A program made the translations under genes and the position numbers. Positions 39,381-51,909 of a DNA stretch of 64,000 nt are shown here, one piece after another. Within the stretch, counting starts at the first letter, position 1, and each line of letters opens with the position of its first letter. The DNA comes from Antedon mediterranea. Its lineage: Eukaryota; Animalia; Echinodermata. Below the pieces are notes generated by a model. It ran no database searches. It had not been told where the DNA came from and saw nothing but the letters and a program-made list of their open reading frames with translations. The stretch spans positions 15,500,001 through 15,564,000 of the forward strand of contig NC_092674.1 in NCBI RefSeq assembly GCF_964355755.1. The letters are read 5' to 3'.

Positions 39381-42300
39381 AATCCAGTATCATTACAGTG
39401 TGATTATAATCAAATTTATAAATGACGCTGTCACAAATCATGTAAAAAGAAATCCAATAGCCCGTATTGGTTTTATTATATCGTGTATTCTGTTCAGCTA
39501 GTAATGGAATATGAGGAATGTACAATATTTAGTTATTTAATGCATACAGCCAGTAAACTCGATGTCTTTGCTCATTGTGCTTTTACAGTGTGTCGGTATG
39601 CAAAATATTCGACCTGGGTTCAGTTGGAGATAAGTAACGATATTTAATTTGGTCCAGTGTTATTAATGTAACAATTTAAAATTTGACTTGGGCAGTTGGG
39701 CAGTAAAATAATGTGCAATAATCGATACAGTAGTCGATCCATTATGGATAAGTAACGATATTTAATTTGGTCCCGATTATGTTGCAGATACAACTGTCTA
39801 ATGTTAGTACAGTAACAATTTTAAATTTGACTTGGGCAGTTATAGTAAAATAATGTGCAGTAATCAATACAGTAGTCGATCCATTATGGTTAAGTAACGA
39901 TATTTAATTCGATTCAGTTTGTTGCGTTTTATCAGATATCACTTTCTTATGTTAGTTATAGTAAAATAATGTGCAATAATCAATACAGTAGTCGATCCAT
40001 TGTGGATAAGTAACGATATTTAATTTGGTTCAGTATTATTAATATTAATTAATGTTGCCTTTTATCAGATATCACTGTCTAATGTTAGTACAGTAACAAT
40101 TAAAAGTTTGACTTTGGTTCAGTTAAAGTAAAACAATGTACATGTAATCGATACAATAGTCGATCCATTATGGACAAGTAACGACGTTTGTTGGCAGATT
40201 AAGTTTTTTGTTGGTTTTTATCAGTCTAATTCACATGAAAACGGTTACTTTTTTTTAGTAATAGTGTGCAATCGATAGTCTAATCTATACCTTACCAATT
40301 TTCTAAGTGATTATGTTGAATTCGAACTATTATTTACTTTACTATTATGTTATGTTATGTTAAAAAATGTTGCAAATTTAGATTTCGTTGCCTTTTTTCA
40401 TATAGACATATCACTAGTGTCTAGTGTGTAATTAAAACAATATTTAAATCGAGTTATAATAATAATGTACACTAATAGGTACCGGTGTCAATCATTATGA
40501 GTGTAATTATTTAGTTTACCTGAAAAATTTTCTTAAATTATATTATTTTGATCGAAATAATAATTTTGATATAATATTGATTGTTCAAAATGTTACCCTA
40601 AAATACAAATCTGCTGTTGGTTATTTTTAAGTGTTTTTATTGGTGTTATTTATTATTCCAAAATAAAGATATATTTCAATTATAAAATAAAAGTCACTCG
40701 TTATCGTAAATGTGTTTGTATTATCGACATTGTTGATCACGAATGGAGCAAAAAAGAGAGAAAGAGAGAAAAAATGATTCATACTTCATGGATAAACCAA
40801 TTTTGGGCGAGTTCCTAAGAGTTTGATGTTTGATGATTTGGTACAGCAAACAACTGCTCTCTTTATTTATTGTTTTATCATTCTGCTGTGTATTTATTGT
40901 CAGTCCGAGTCCGTATCACGTATTTCTAACTCAGCTGAACGCCATAAGACGACATACGCGCCGAGTATAGTCGAATAATAGGGGGAATCTGCGGACCTTT
41001 AGGGCTGCTGTCTGAGCTTATGTACAGGATAAAGTTGCTGTCATTGGTGTTTTTGTCATCCCCAATATGTACTGCTGCCATTAAAAAAAGATTCAACCTT
41101 GTATCGCTTCACATGAATAAACCCATTTGGACGTGGCCCTAAAATGTTGCTGTTTGGCGTCCCGTACAGGATAAAGTTGCTGTCATTGGTGATGTAATCA
41201 TTAGTAGCCCACTGCGAATGATATCCAAACAAGTTTATCCTTGTATCGCTTCACATGAATAAATGCATTTTTACCCCCCTATGTTATGATCCCCACAGGC
41301 CCCTTGTACAGGCTGTGACCCGGCAGCAATATCGAATATTGCATCTCGCCCTAATACGCAACTAACTACATCATCAAACCTTTTGTATCTTTTCACATGA
41401 ATAAATCTTCCGGGCGCCCGGTCTAAAAGTGTTTTTTGTTTAAAACATATTGTAATAACTTATACTGTGCTTCTCTGTGGGCAAATTTTAATGTAAAATC
41501 TATGGAAGCACTAACGGTGTGCTTCAACAATGCCTTACGCCTGCTCCTTAATAAACCTAGGTCATGCAGTGCCAGCACCATGTTTGTAGAAAACCACATC
41601 TGCTCGTTCTACGAACTACAACGTAAGCTGGTGTATGGCATGTTGTGCAGGTTAGAGAGGTCGGACAATATTGTCACAAAATGTATTCATGAATTTGCTC
41701 TTCCTTCATCCAATCTACATGGTAGATGGATGAAGCTATTGTTTTAACCACGTGACTATATGGCGTAGGTTTTTTTTTATATATTTATATTTATATATAT
41801 TTTTTTTGTTTCCTTTGTTCTTGAGCTATGGAGAATTATTTTTTTTTTCTGAAATAAAAGATGAATAAATGAATGAATACACCTAATATTATATGTCATT
41901 TCATTATGTTCTGAAAATTAGTTTAACTTATTGTATTTCTCTTACAAGCATTCTTTTTTATACGTGCTAATTTAATTTTAATCTATTAAAATATACTTTC
42001 ATCATATTCGTCATGTTATGAACTTAAAATAGTATGTGTAATTTTATTATCTAGTAATTTCAATTTTTTTCCTGAAACTTAGTGATTGTATTATTCTTAA
42101 AGGCATTTTTTATACTGTACTTCCTGTGTTTTACACGTGTGACACAATGTACAGTAACAATTAGATTTCAACACCATTAATAATAACCATTAAATAAATA
42201 ATGATTTGTTTTATATAAAATCCAAATAGATTCCTGTCATTTGAATCAGATTAAATAAAGGTAGGCTTTGGCCTACATTTAATTCGCATTGTAGAGATGT

Positions 42301-43724
42301 TCCCACTAATTAATCAAAATCATACAAATAATATAAAGCTAAATTTAATGTTTTTTTAAATTTTTTTTAAAAAATTAGTACATATCTCTCTAATGTATTT
42401 TCGTCGATACCAGTCATCACACTGAATCTTCGCGCGAAAGTACAGAATAGGCGGCGCTGTTGTATTTTTAAAGCAATTGTAAAACAAAAATAGTTTCCAA
42501 ACGTGATAAGATTTTTTTTCCGTACACGGAAAAAAGTACTATTGAACGACCGTTCGATAGTGTGTACTATAGAACGACTATTCAATAGTGCGTACTATTG
42601 CACGCCATGTGACCCACAGTCGTCCGATCATTGACAGGAATTTATTTAACATATAAACAAATAGTTTATAAATAGCTACGTACTGAAATCGATAGCTAGC
42701 AAAGTTTAGGCCTACATTAAGATTTATCATTAACGATATATTTTTTCCTGTATTATATTTAGTACAGTCACATATGTAAAGAAAACTAGCTCCAGCTTGA
42801 TATTTGCGCCAAAATAGATTTTATTGGCTAACTTTGTTATTCTTGAGTTGCTAAATTTTGAATTTCAAAATGGCCGAAATTCCAAACCAAACTTTGTCAT
42901 CCATGGCTTCCCCGGAAATCATATTATCCCATTACATCCACATGCAAATTTTTTATAATTAATTTTAATGATTGTTCAATTTGATGCTACGCAATTTTCA
43001 ATTCTTTATATCTTTGTATTTCTATTGTTTCACTTCTATATGTGTAGTATATGGAGAGCCAATTTGGCAATCCTCAGTGTAGTGCAGCGCTGTTTTGTTT
43101 TATATGTTTTTGTGCCTGAAAATTGAATAAAATAAAATAAAATGAAGTTATTTAACCTTAAAACAAGTCACGTGACCAATAAAGGTCATAAGGTCAACAT
43201 TTAATTTTCTCAAAAACTTTGTTCAAAAAATAACTTTTTTTTTATTCTGAATACAGTTTTACTAATATCCTTTGTTTTTTTGTCATAATTGTATAAATAT
43301 ATACATAAATTGTGTTTAAATGTACAATCAAAAAGTTCTCCTTCGTATTAAGATAAATACGGTTTTTCTTATTGGTTTAACAATTCATTCAAATGTTTGT
43401 AACATTTATCTGGTTATAATAACAATTTCAGTGTGTAAACATACTTTAGTATAAAAGTTAAGTATAACTATCAAGATCCTCAATATGCCCGATTTTCGCA
43501 TTGCAAGTAAAAAATAAGATCGAATAACTATTGCTTTCCCGGTAAATTTGGTGCGACGTAAAATAGATTTTGGAGGTAAGTCATGCTCGACGTGATTATA
43601 AGATCATGTTCCGAACAACTAGTCTCTCAGTTGTACGCACGCGCATAAGAGATAAAATTAATACGCCCTCATCTTTTAGTATTTTTATTCACGAAGCGTG
43701 ATCTCTGAAGAGATACTTTTTAAT

Positions 43725-43957
43725 ATATAAACATCACAGGCACAGAATCAATTCTAAACCACCCGGTGATATACTTAAATTTAATCTGTGAGAATGAGAA
43801 AAAGTGGCCCCAACCGAGACTCGAACCTGGAACCTTATGCTTAAAGAGTTACTTTTGAAACGATAAAGATGATGAAATCTGTGAGAATGAGAAAAAGTCG
43901 CCCCAACCGAGACTCGAATCCGGTTTAGAATTTATTCTGTTCCTGTGATGTTTATAT
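43725..43957. mobile_element. Small MITE with two internal tRNA B-box-like repeats
   Basis: ~36-bp TIRs atataaacatcacaggcacagaatcaattctaaacc / ggtttagaatttattctgttcctgtgatgtttatat; TA-rich ends; two copies of atctgtgagaatgagaaaaagt..ccccaaccgagactcgaa. Confidence 0.65.
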
Positions 43958-44044
43958 GTTGCACGCGACTAAAAACTTTTTATACAGTTTTGTTTATAGC
44001 AGCGTAAATAACCAAGTATTGATTGTATTTAAGGTAGAAAATAT

Positions 44045-44850
44045 ATCTATGCGACATTTATATAGCACTATTTCGTAAAGATCAGAGCGCTTTCTAGATT
44101 CTATCTAGATTCTGAACAGGAAATAGACTAACCAAAGACAACCCGTTAATGAAAATAAAATAATAAACAACGAAGATGATTCAAACACCACCGCACTGGT
44201 CCCCTGCAATTTAAGGCGCAAGGCCCGTCTGGACAGTATTCACAAGTGCCATAATTGTGTTTGGCGTCTATTCCTACCAAAAACCTAGTCTATCGAAAAT
44301 AAATATGTCTTAATAGCTTTTTTAAATGCCGCAGTACGGTAGTGTCGGCCGAGCGGATATTGCAAGGTCGATTGTTCCAGCAATAAGGTACAGCATAAGA
44401 GAAAGTCCGGCGATGTGAGGTTATAAGTGAGTTGATTGGTGCCAAATCCTGAAGCAGGGTATTATCATTTCCAGACCTTAAACGCGCCCAGAGCAATGCA
44501 ACGGCAAGCAGGTTGATAGATAGTCTGGAACTAGGCGTTAATGCATTTAAAACCATCATAATGACTTTAAATTTAATCCTCTCCCGCACCGGTAACCAAT
44601 GTACTTGACGCAAATATGGCGCGAGGCATGGTCAAACTTCCTACCACCATAGATGATCTTGCAATGGCAGCCTAGTTCTGAGCACGTTAAAAGTGATTAA
44701 GATCTGACCTTGAGGATTCGAGTAGTAAAGAGTTACAATAATCCAGTCTTGATAAAACGAGTGCCATGGTTACTGCATGACACAGTTTGGTGTCAAGGTA
44801 TCTCCGGATTTGTGAAATATTTCAGATATAGAATTTCAGGCTACTACAGA
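44045..44850 (-). mobile_element. L2 LINE 3' fragment
   Basis: SRLDYCNSLL, HWLPVRERIKFK, FSYAVP..WN; L2-type end aagcgctctga...gtgctatataaat. Confidence 0.8.
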
Positions 44851-44860
44851 GTCTCATCCA

Positions 44861-45200
44861 TTGCTTCACTTCAGACCTTTATGGTCTAATCATTTAAAAA
44901 AATATATCAACCGACTTAAAATTTGTTATAATGATGCTTTCCGGTGGTTGTTGGGACAACCCAGATTTGTTAGTGCGAGGAATTTGTTTGTGGAAAACAA
45001 TATTCCATCATTTTATAAATATTTGAGGATTTCGACTTACCGATTTCTTACAAGAATAATGAAAAGCGAAAACAGAATGTTAATTTGTATATATAAATAT
45101 TTGTTGATGGATTCAAACATGTACTACAAATGGAGAGAGGCATTATATACCAATAGATAAAAGTTTTGGTCCTCTCTCCTTCACATTTTTTTGTGTGTAA
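44861..45200 (+). mobile_element. LINE ORF2 C-terminal fragment related to the 32.4-41.9 kb family
   Basis: LW...CYNDAFRWLLGQPRFVSARNLFVENNIPSF parallels CFNNALRLLLNKPRSCSASTMFVENHICSF at 41436-41747. Confidence 0.7.
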
Positions 45201-46392
45201 TGTATTATACCCTTCCAAAGTGGTGTTTTTATATCAATAAGCTTTTGTATTCTGATTGTCAATAATTTTTTCAACAATGATCACGAAATAAAATGAGGTA
45301 GATTACATACATAGGTTTTGTGTTGAAAAATACGGAAAATACAAAAATATAAACAAAATAAAAACAAACAAAATACAAGAAACAAAATTCAAATATGGCT
45401 AATCCAATAATTTATTATATTATTGTTATTTTCATCAAATGATGTGCTTAACCAAAAACAATATGTATATCTAGATTGTTATAATGCTACTAGAGTCATA
45501 CGAATAGTTTAGATAAAATACGAGAAAGTGTTTGTTGCCAGGTTTATTTCAATTAATTGCCAGAAAAACAGTACCTTCCATTCAAATGTAATTGCTTCTA
45601 GATTTGATTTTGTGAAAATACTGCGCGGTAATTATGGATTCTGGCCAACCAACGACTGATTGAAATTACTTCATCTATCAACTTTTTTTCTTGAGTCCGT
45701 CGAGTCAAAGACGACAATAAATAAGAGTGCCGTAGTAGGCCTAGCCTAGTTTTGGAACTTCTTATTATTCAGAAATACAAACAAATACGACGTGACTGAT
45801 TGTTGTGAAAAGAAAATATACATTTAGGAGTTATTAGGCAACAAGTCCCTCTAAAACTTAAGCCTGTGTGTGCTTGCCCAACTAACAGTCAGACACATCC
45901 AGGCCAGCAGTGACTTTAAAGGCCAGATCATATATTCCAATAATTATCGATTTATAGTTTACCATATGTTTCATCATTTTTGGATTTTATTTGTGTTACA
46001 CGAGCTTGTTGAACATAACCACTTTCTTATCAGTGGGTTATAGTCCAAATTACACAGTAAAATCTTTATTCTTTTGTACACAAATGTTGTAAATAGAGAG
46101 GTATTTTTTAAAAAGTATGAATAATAAACGATGCGGTGAAAAAATAAGTATTATTTTTTTTATTTTAGAACCTGTTTCTATGCGTAAATAAATAAAAATA
46201 TGGGGTTTCCATGAATAAAAATTAAGAATATGAAATTGTAAAATGGTGATTTTAAAACGCAAATAATGCATGCCTGCTAATAATCTAAACATTTTAATTT
46301 GTATAAGATAGTATGAAAATATCTCAATTTTACCTATAATGTTACCATAGCAATTGTTGCTATGCATAACTAAGGGAAATCTTGGGTTTTCA

Positions 46393-47335
46393 TCTATATA
46401 TAAATTTACGTAAGGGCAAAATTCGGTAAATGGTGCGTTATTTCTAGAATGTTTACTCGATGGTATATACAGTTGGTTCATACTTTTGGTACTGATTTTA
46501 ACCACCAGATGTAACCCTGTTTACTAATTAAATTGAGTTAGATAATTAGTTATTGACAATTAAAACGAATTTAGGTTGAACGATTTTCCCCAAATAGGGG
46601 TGTTTTCCGACAATAGTATACACTGTCTAATGGATGTCCTCTTTAAAAAATACCTGCACACAATAATACGAAGATGCTTCGCATTTTCCTATCTCATCCT
46701 ACGATAATTGTTTTTAATAGTTGAAAACCGGTTCAACAGCTCGAGTACAGTATCTTAATGTTGAAGACATGCCGATTTTCTTAAAAAAATACTATTTTGA
46801 TAGATTTAATATACGTTTATACAAATATATTGATTTGCGATGATTGGAACATTCCAATCTCTCAGACTCCCAGTTTGTAGGTAAATTTATGAGCCCTCCA
46901 TAGTTTAACACAAGTAGGTAAATTCATGGGCCCTTTGAGAATAAACTTAAAACTGAGATATAGCATTTGACAATATTGTAAATAGGCTACTGTACGTAAT
47001 AACCATTTTTGGTCGCCATTTGAATCGAAATTTTCACTGTGAATGTGGTTACTGTTTATTGTATTAATTAGTAATTATAAAAAATATAAACGTCGTAGTT
47101 GTGTATCGTTACATGTACTTTACTATTTTAATCGACTATAACAGGCACAGTTTTAGTTTTTTGGACTAATTTTAAGACAAGTTTCTCCTTCGGAAGTAGG
47201 CCTAATTTCCAGTGTGCTAATTTTAGTTGTCTACATTACATTTGAAGTCGCCAGTTTTTTTACGCTGAAATTACTGTGTATTCGAAAACCATTTGTGGAC
47301 ACGACCTAGATGGTACGCGAGCGAAGCGAGCTTAG
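46393..47335 (+). mobile_element. Non-autonomous Helitron family A copy 3
   Basis: a|TCtatatataaatttacg start; internally deleted; partly deleted 3' hairpin. Confidence 0.8.
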
Positions 47336-48828
47336 ATACAATTAATAATAAATTATCAGTTGATAAGTATATAACACTATTGAATCCAAAAATCACAGCA
47401 AACAAATTCTAATAACCTTAATGTCCAAAAACGGTAATTTGAGAAGACATAGAATTAACCAGATATAAACACGAAATTTATAATCAATATTTAATATAAA
47501 ATGTGATATTTTAAATGCTGACCTTAAATAAAATTGGTATCATAAAATTTTAAATAAAAAAATGCATTTCACATCAGGGCTTCAATATTTGTTATGTAGC
47601 ATTAACATACATGAGAATATCATTGACTTTTGATTGGTTCTATTATGGGAGGGGAAGTGGTGGATCTAGATTTTGAAATAGTTATGGGGATGGTTGGAGT
47701 CGAGGGTCTTAACAATTAAAGTAAAGATCTGAACTTAACTTTATGTCCTATCTTTTGCATTGCAATTTTTAAATTTGGCGGGGTGGTATAATTTATTCCA
47801 ATTTTAGAGAATATAACTCAGAAAAATGACACTTAAACTGGGCGGGAATTACAAATATTATTTTTTTTTCTCACAACACAACTAGAATTATATAAAACAA
47901 TAAGAATAGTTCTGACTAATGGGGGTATAATCAGATAATCAAAGACAAAAAATGTACCATGTTTTTTAAAAATAAAAATGCATATGTTCCGGTAACACAG
48001 CTTGTAGATTTTTAAATTACCCCTGTATTTTATTTTAGAAATCACTTATTAAACACTAGAACTACATATTTGTAATAGGCCTAAATCATTGTTTTTAACT
48101 ATTTATAAAAAACTGAAAGAATCCCTTTTTAAATAAATGGTATCTCCCAAGGTATGAAATAAAAAAAAAAATATCGTTCATCAAAATACTACCAATATCC
48201 ATTTAAAAAAACCTTAAAAAAGGAAATGGAATGGAAATATATATATGTGTGAAATAAAAAAAACGTCATATTTGATTTCTCCCAACACATATGTAGCCAT
48301 GTGCAAAATTTGAACGAAATCCATTTTTAAAAATCTGCCACAATTTTTGATATTTCTTTGATTCTTACAGACAATGGTTTTTACAATTTTGATATAATTT
48401 CACTGTATAATAATATCCAATTTCATCTTATGTTCAAAGAGAAAGGCATGCCAAATAACATTGGTGTTCTGGACAGATGACTTTATATTGTGTGGTATCC
48501 GCTTTGACAACAATAACACTGTTATACAAATGATTTTGAACGCTACGCAAATGATATCATGACCCGTAGCATTTTCTTTTTACGAAAACAGAAATTTATA
48601 CTACTAAAATAGAATAGATCTAGAATTTAAAAACCTATCCAACAATACCAAACGGTACAATAACTATATTATGCGTTTATTGATATGGTTGTAATGGAAT
48701 AAAATGATCAGTATTACATTCCTTTTCCTATGATACCATAGATGACCAAGTTTAGTGTGGAACGTCGACCATTGTGAAATACAAATTGGCAAAAGAAAAA
48801 AAATATATATGGAAGATAATAACAATAA

Positions 48829-50015
48829 TCTATATATAAATTTACGTAAGGGCAAAATTCGGTAAATCGCGCCTTACTTTTATAATTTTTACTCGATGGT
48901 ATGTAAAGTTGGTTCGAAATTTCGGTACTGATTTTAACCACCTGATGTAACCCTGTTTACTAATTAAATTAAGTTAGATAATTAGTTATTGACGATTAAA
49001 ACGAATTTAGGTTCAACGATTTGCCCCAGATAGGGGTGTTTTCCGATCGTGGTATACACTGTCTAATGGATGTCCATCTTGAAAAATACCCGCCACAAAA
49101 ATGCGAGGAGGCTTCGCATTTTCCTATCTCCTCCTACGATAATTGTTTTTAATAGCTGAAAACCGGTTGAACAGCTCGAGTACAGTATCATAATGTTGAA
49201 GACAGGCCCATTTTCTTAAAAAAATACTATTTTGATAGATTTAATATACGTCTATACAAATGTATTGATTTGAGATGAATGGAACATTCCAATCTCTGTG
49301 TCGTTCCACAAGTGTCTATTCCCTCAGGCGTCGTAAAGGAAATTCGATCCATTTTTTTTTTCAATCTGTGCTGCAGAGGTTGGATATAATTTTTTTTAAC
49401 GGATAATGAGCTAGCGTTTTCAGTCGCCGTAATTTAATATTTATTACCGTTTAAATCGAATTTATGATTTGCCCCGAATAGAGGTGGTTTTCACAATTGT
49501 TTAACATTATATATAAACATACGTCGTAGTGTATCGTTACATGTACTGTACTATTTCAATCGACTACGACGGTGATAGTTTCAACAAAGTATTACATCGC
49601 AATGTTTTACTGTGTTTAGTGGTATATTATTTGTAAAACATGTTAATTAATATTTCGTTACAAAATAAAGAATATATTTAAAAATTGTTCCTCTTTGCAC
49701 CCATCCTCTTCCCCATCTCTCATCCATAATGTTACATACAAAACACAAATTAAGTTTGTTTAAATTTGACTTAAACAATTGGTCTCATTTTGTGACAACT
49801 TTCTCTTTCGGAAGTAATTCCCAGTGTGCTAATTTTAGTTGAGTACATAAATCACAGTGTCTATTTAATCGTTCCTGTAAACGACATATATTATTGTCCT
49901 GCATTATTGTACATTTGAAATCGCCAGTTTTTTAACGCTGAAATTACTGTGTATTCGAGAACCATCTGTGGGCACGACCTAGATGGTACGCGAGCGAAGC
50001 GAGCGTACCATCTAG
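48829..50015 (+). mobile_element. Non-autonomous Helitron family A copy 4
   Basis: a|TC start, ends ctagatggtacgcgagcgaagcgagcgtaccatCTAG directly abutting copy 5. Confidence 0.9.
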
Positions 50016-51324
50016 TCTATATATAAATTTACGTAAGGGCAAAATTCGGTAAATTGCGCGTTACTTCTAGAATGTTTACTCGATGGTATATAAAGTTGGT
50101 TCGTACTTTCGGTACTGATTTTAACCACCTGATGTAACCCTGTTTACTAATTAAATTGAGTCAGAAAATTAGTTATTGACAATTAAAACGAATTTAGGTT
50201 CAACGATTTGCCCCAAATAGGGGTGTTTTCCGATCGTAGTATACACTGTCTAATGCATGTCCATAGTGAAAAATACCCGCATACAATAATACGAGGATGC
50301 TTTGCATTTTCCTATCTCCTCCTACGATAACTGTTTTTAATGGCTGAAAACCGGTTGAACAGCTCGAGTACAGCATCATAATGTTCAAGACAGGCCGATT
50401 TTCTTTAAAAAATACTATTTTGATAGATTTAATATACGTTTATACAAATGTATTGATTTGCAATGAATGGAACATTCCAAATTATTTGGTTTAACCATAC
50501 TTGCATACCTCCATGGTTTAACACAAGTAGGTAAATTTATAGACCCTTGGAGAATAAACAGAAATAGTATTGTAATGCTATACAATACTGCAAATAGGTA
50601 TTAAGCACTTTTGATCGCCATTTGAATCAAAGGTGTTTTGGTGTAACACTGTTAGATATACGGTAATATAAACAAATATACTAATAAACGTTATCACTGT
50701 GAGTGTGGGATAGCCCCTACTTTTAGATTATAAACACATAATAATATATACTTTATTACTGTCAGTTGTTTCTCAACGTTTGTATTAATTAATAATTACA
50801 AAAATATAAACGTATTAGTGGTCTTTAAATGTACTTTACTATTTCAATCGACCATGAGATAGTGACAGTTTTAATAAAGTATTAAATCGGAAATGTTTTA
50901 CTCTATTTAGTGGTATATTATTTATAGGCCTATAAAAAAATATTTCGTTACTGAGTGGATAATATAAAGAATAATTTAATATAAAGAATATATTTAAAAA
51001 TTGTTCCTCTTTGTACCTCATCCCCAACGCTCAACTATAATGTTAGATACAGAACCCTAAACTCTAATAGATACAAAATTGGGTTTGTTTAAATGAGTCC
51101 AAATAACAAATTTGGACTCATTTTGTGACAAGTTTCTAGGTGCTAATTTTGGTTGACTACATAAATGTCTATTTATTTGTTTCTGTAAACGACAATGTTT
51201 TATAGTCCTGCCGTACGTACATTTGAAATCGCCAGTTTTTTTTACGCTGAAATTACTATGTATTCGAGAACCATCTGTGGGCACGAACTAGATAGTACGC
51301 GAGCGAAGCGAGCGTACCATCTAG
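50016..51324 (+). mobile_element. Non-autonomous Helitron family A copy 5
   Basis: TCtatatataaatttacg ... gcgtaccatCTAG|t. Confidence 0.9.
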
Positions 51325-51687
51325 TAATTACTAATTGCTATTTTACATAATTTCATAGTTAATCACTCAAATTGACCCAAAAATTGGATAAAAAATTCGA
51401 TGATTAAAATGTAAATGTTTATTTTGTCCTTTTGTAAGTGAAATCGTTTTTTTTTTCTATGGAAGTGAATAGCTTCATTAATACTGCAAATGGGCTATTA
51501 AAAGTCTGATTTTACAAATCTTTATTTTTTCATGATTTTGTGGATATTTATACCTCCTTAAACGCATAATATTAATTTGATATTATTTTTAACGTAATAC
51601 TTGACACAATTTTATTAGGCATACCGTTAATTTAAAAGTTTAATAAAAAGGAGTTTAAATTGTATTGCTATTCTTGCGTTTTAGCAT

Positions 51688-51909
51688 TCATTTATAATAA
51701 CGAAAGCACGAAAGAACAATAAGACAATATGAATAGAAACTAATATTAGAGAATACACTGCAACCTGTACTCGTCGGAGGACATCTGGTTTCTTCTGTTG
51801 GCTTCAATACTGATACACTTTGAGGCCAGGATCCACAACGCGGAAAGTTATCAGGAATCTCGGGCAAGTCAGAATCATCACCAACGTGAATCACTAGGCC
51901 CATGCCAAT
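51688..51909 (-). CDS. Laccase B last exon
   Basis: acacag|[10 protein letters not shown]...[10 protein letters not shown]...[27 protein letters not shown]. Confidence 0.92.
   Translation of the reverse strand: MGMGLVIHVGDDSDLPEIPDNFPRCGSWPQSVSVLKPTEETRCPPTSTGCSVFSNISFYSYCLIVLSCFRYYK

Larger units (their letters stand above)
34317..41425. mobile_element. Academ-type DNA transposon derivative with ~2-kb TIRs and a transposase remnant
   Basis: tagaccgggcgcccgg ... ccgggcgcccggtcta termini, aaa flanks; arms 34317-38705 (minus inserted Helitron) and 39382-41425 are inverted copies; core encodes an LPPC...QHLLRANY...W...P..YGW fragment. Confidence 0.8.
32430..41878 (+). mobile_element. Degenerate CR1/L2-group LINE (parts ~32430-34316 and 41426-41878) hosting a SINE and an Academ-type element
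   Basis: PGWN, NYRPIAL, FLDASKAFD, GVRQGGVMSP, YADD, YLG; FSKCSKNI (34316) continues as VFLFKTYC...LYCASLW (41426+); stop 41747; aataaa + (tgaa)n tail. Confidence 0.85.

Noticed and set aside
42535-42600. Cluster of imperfect palindromes (actattgaa...ttcaatagt)
   Set aside because: No partner terminus or TSD found, so no element could be defined.
46050-46505. 151-aa ORF and similar ORFs at 48714, 36849-37237, 60896-61289
   Set aside because: Chance frames across Helitron ends and AT-rich flanks; not conserved as ORFs between copies.
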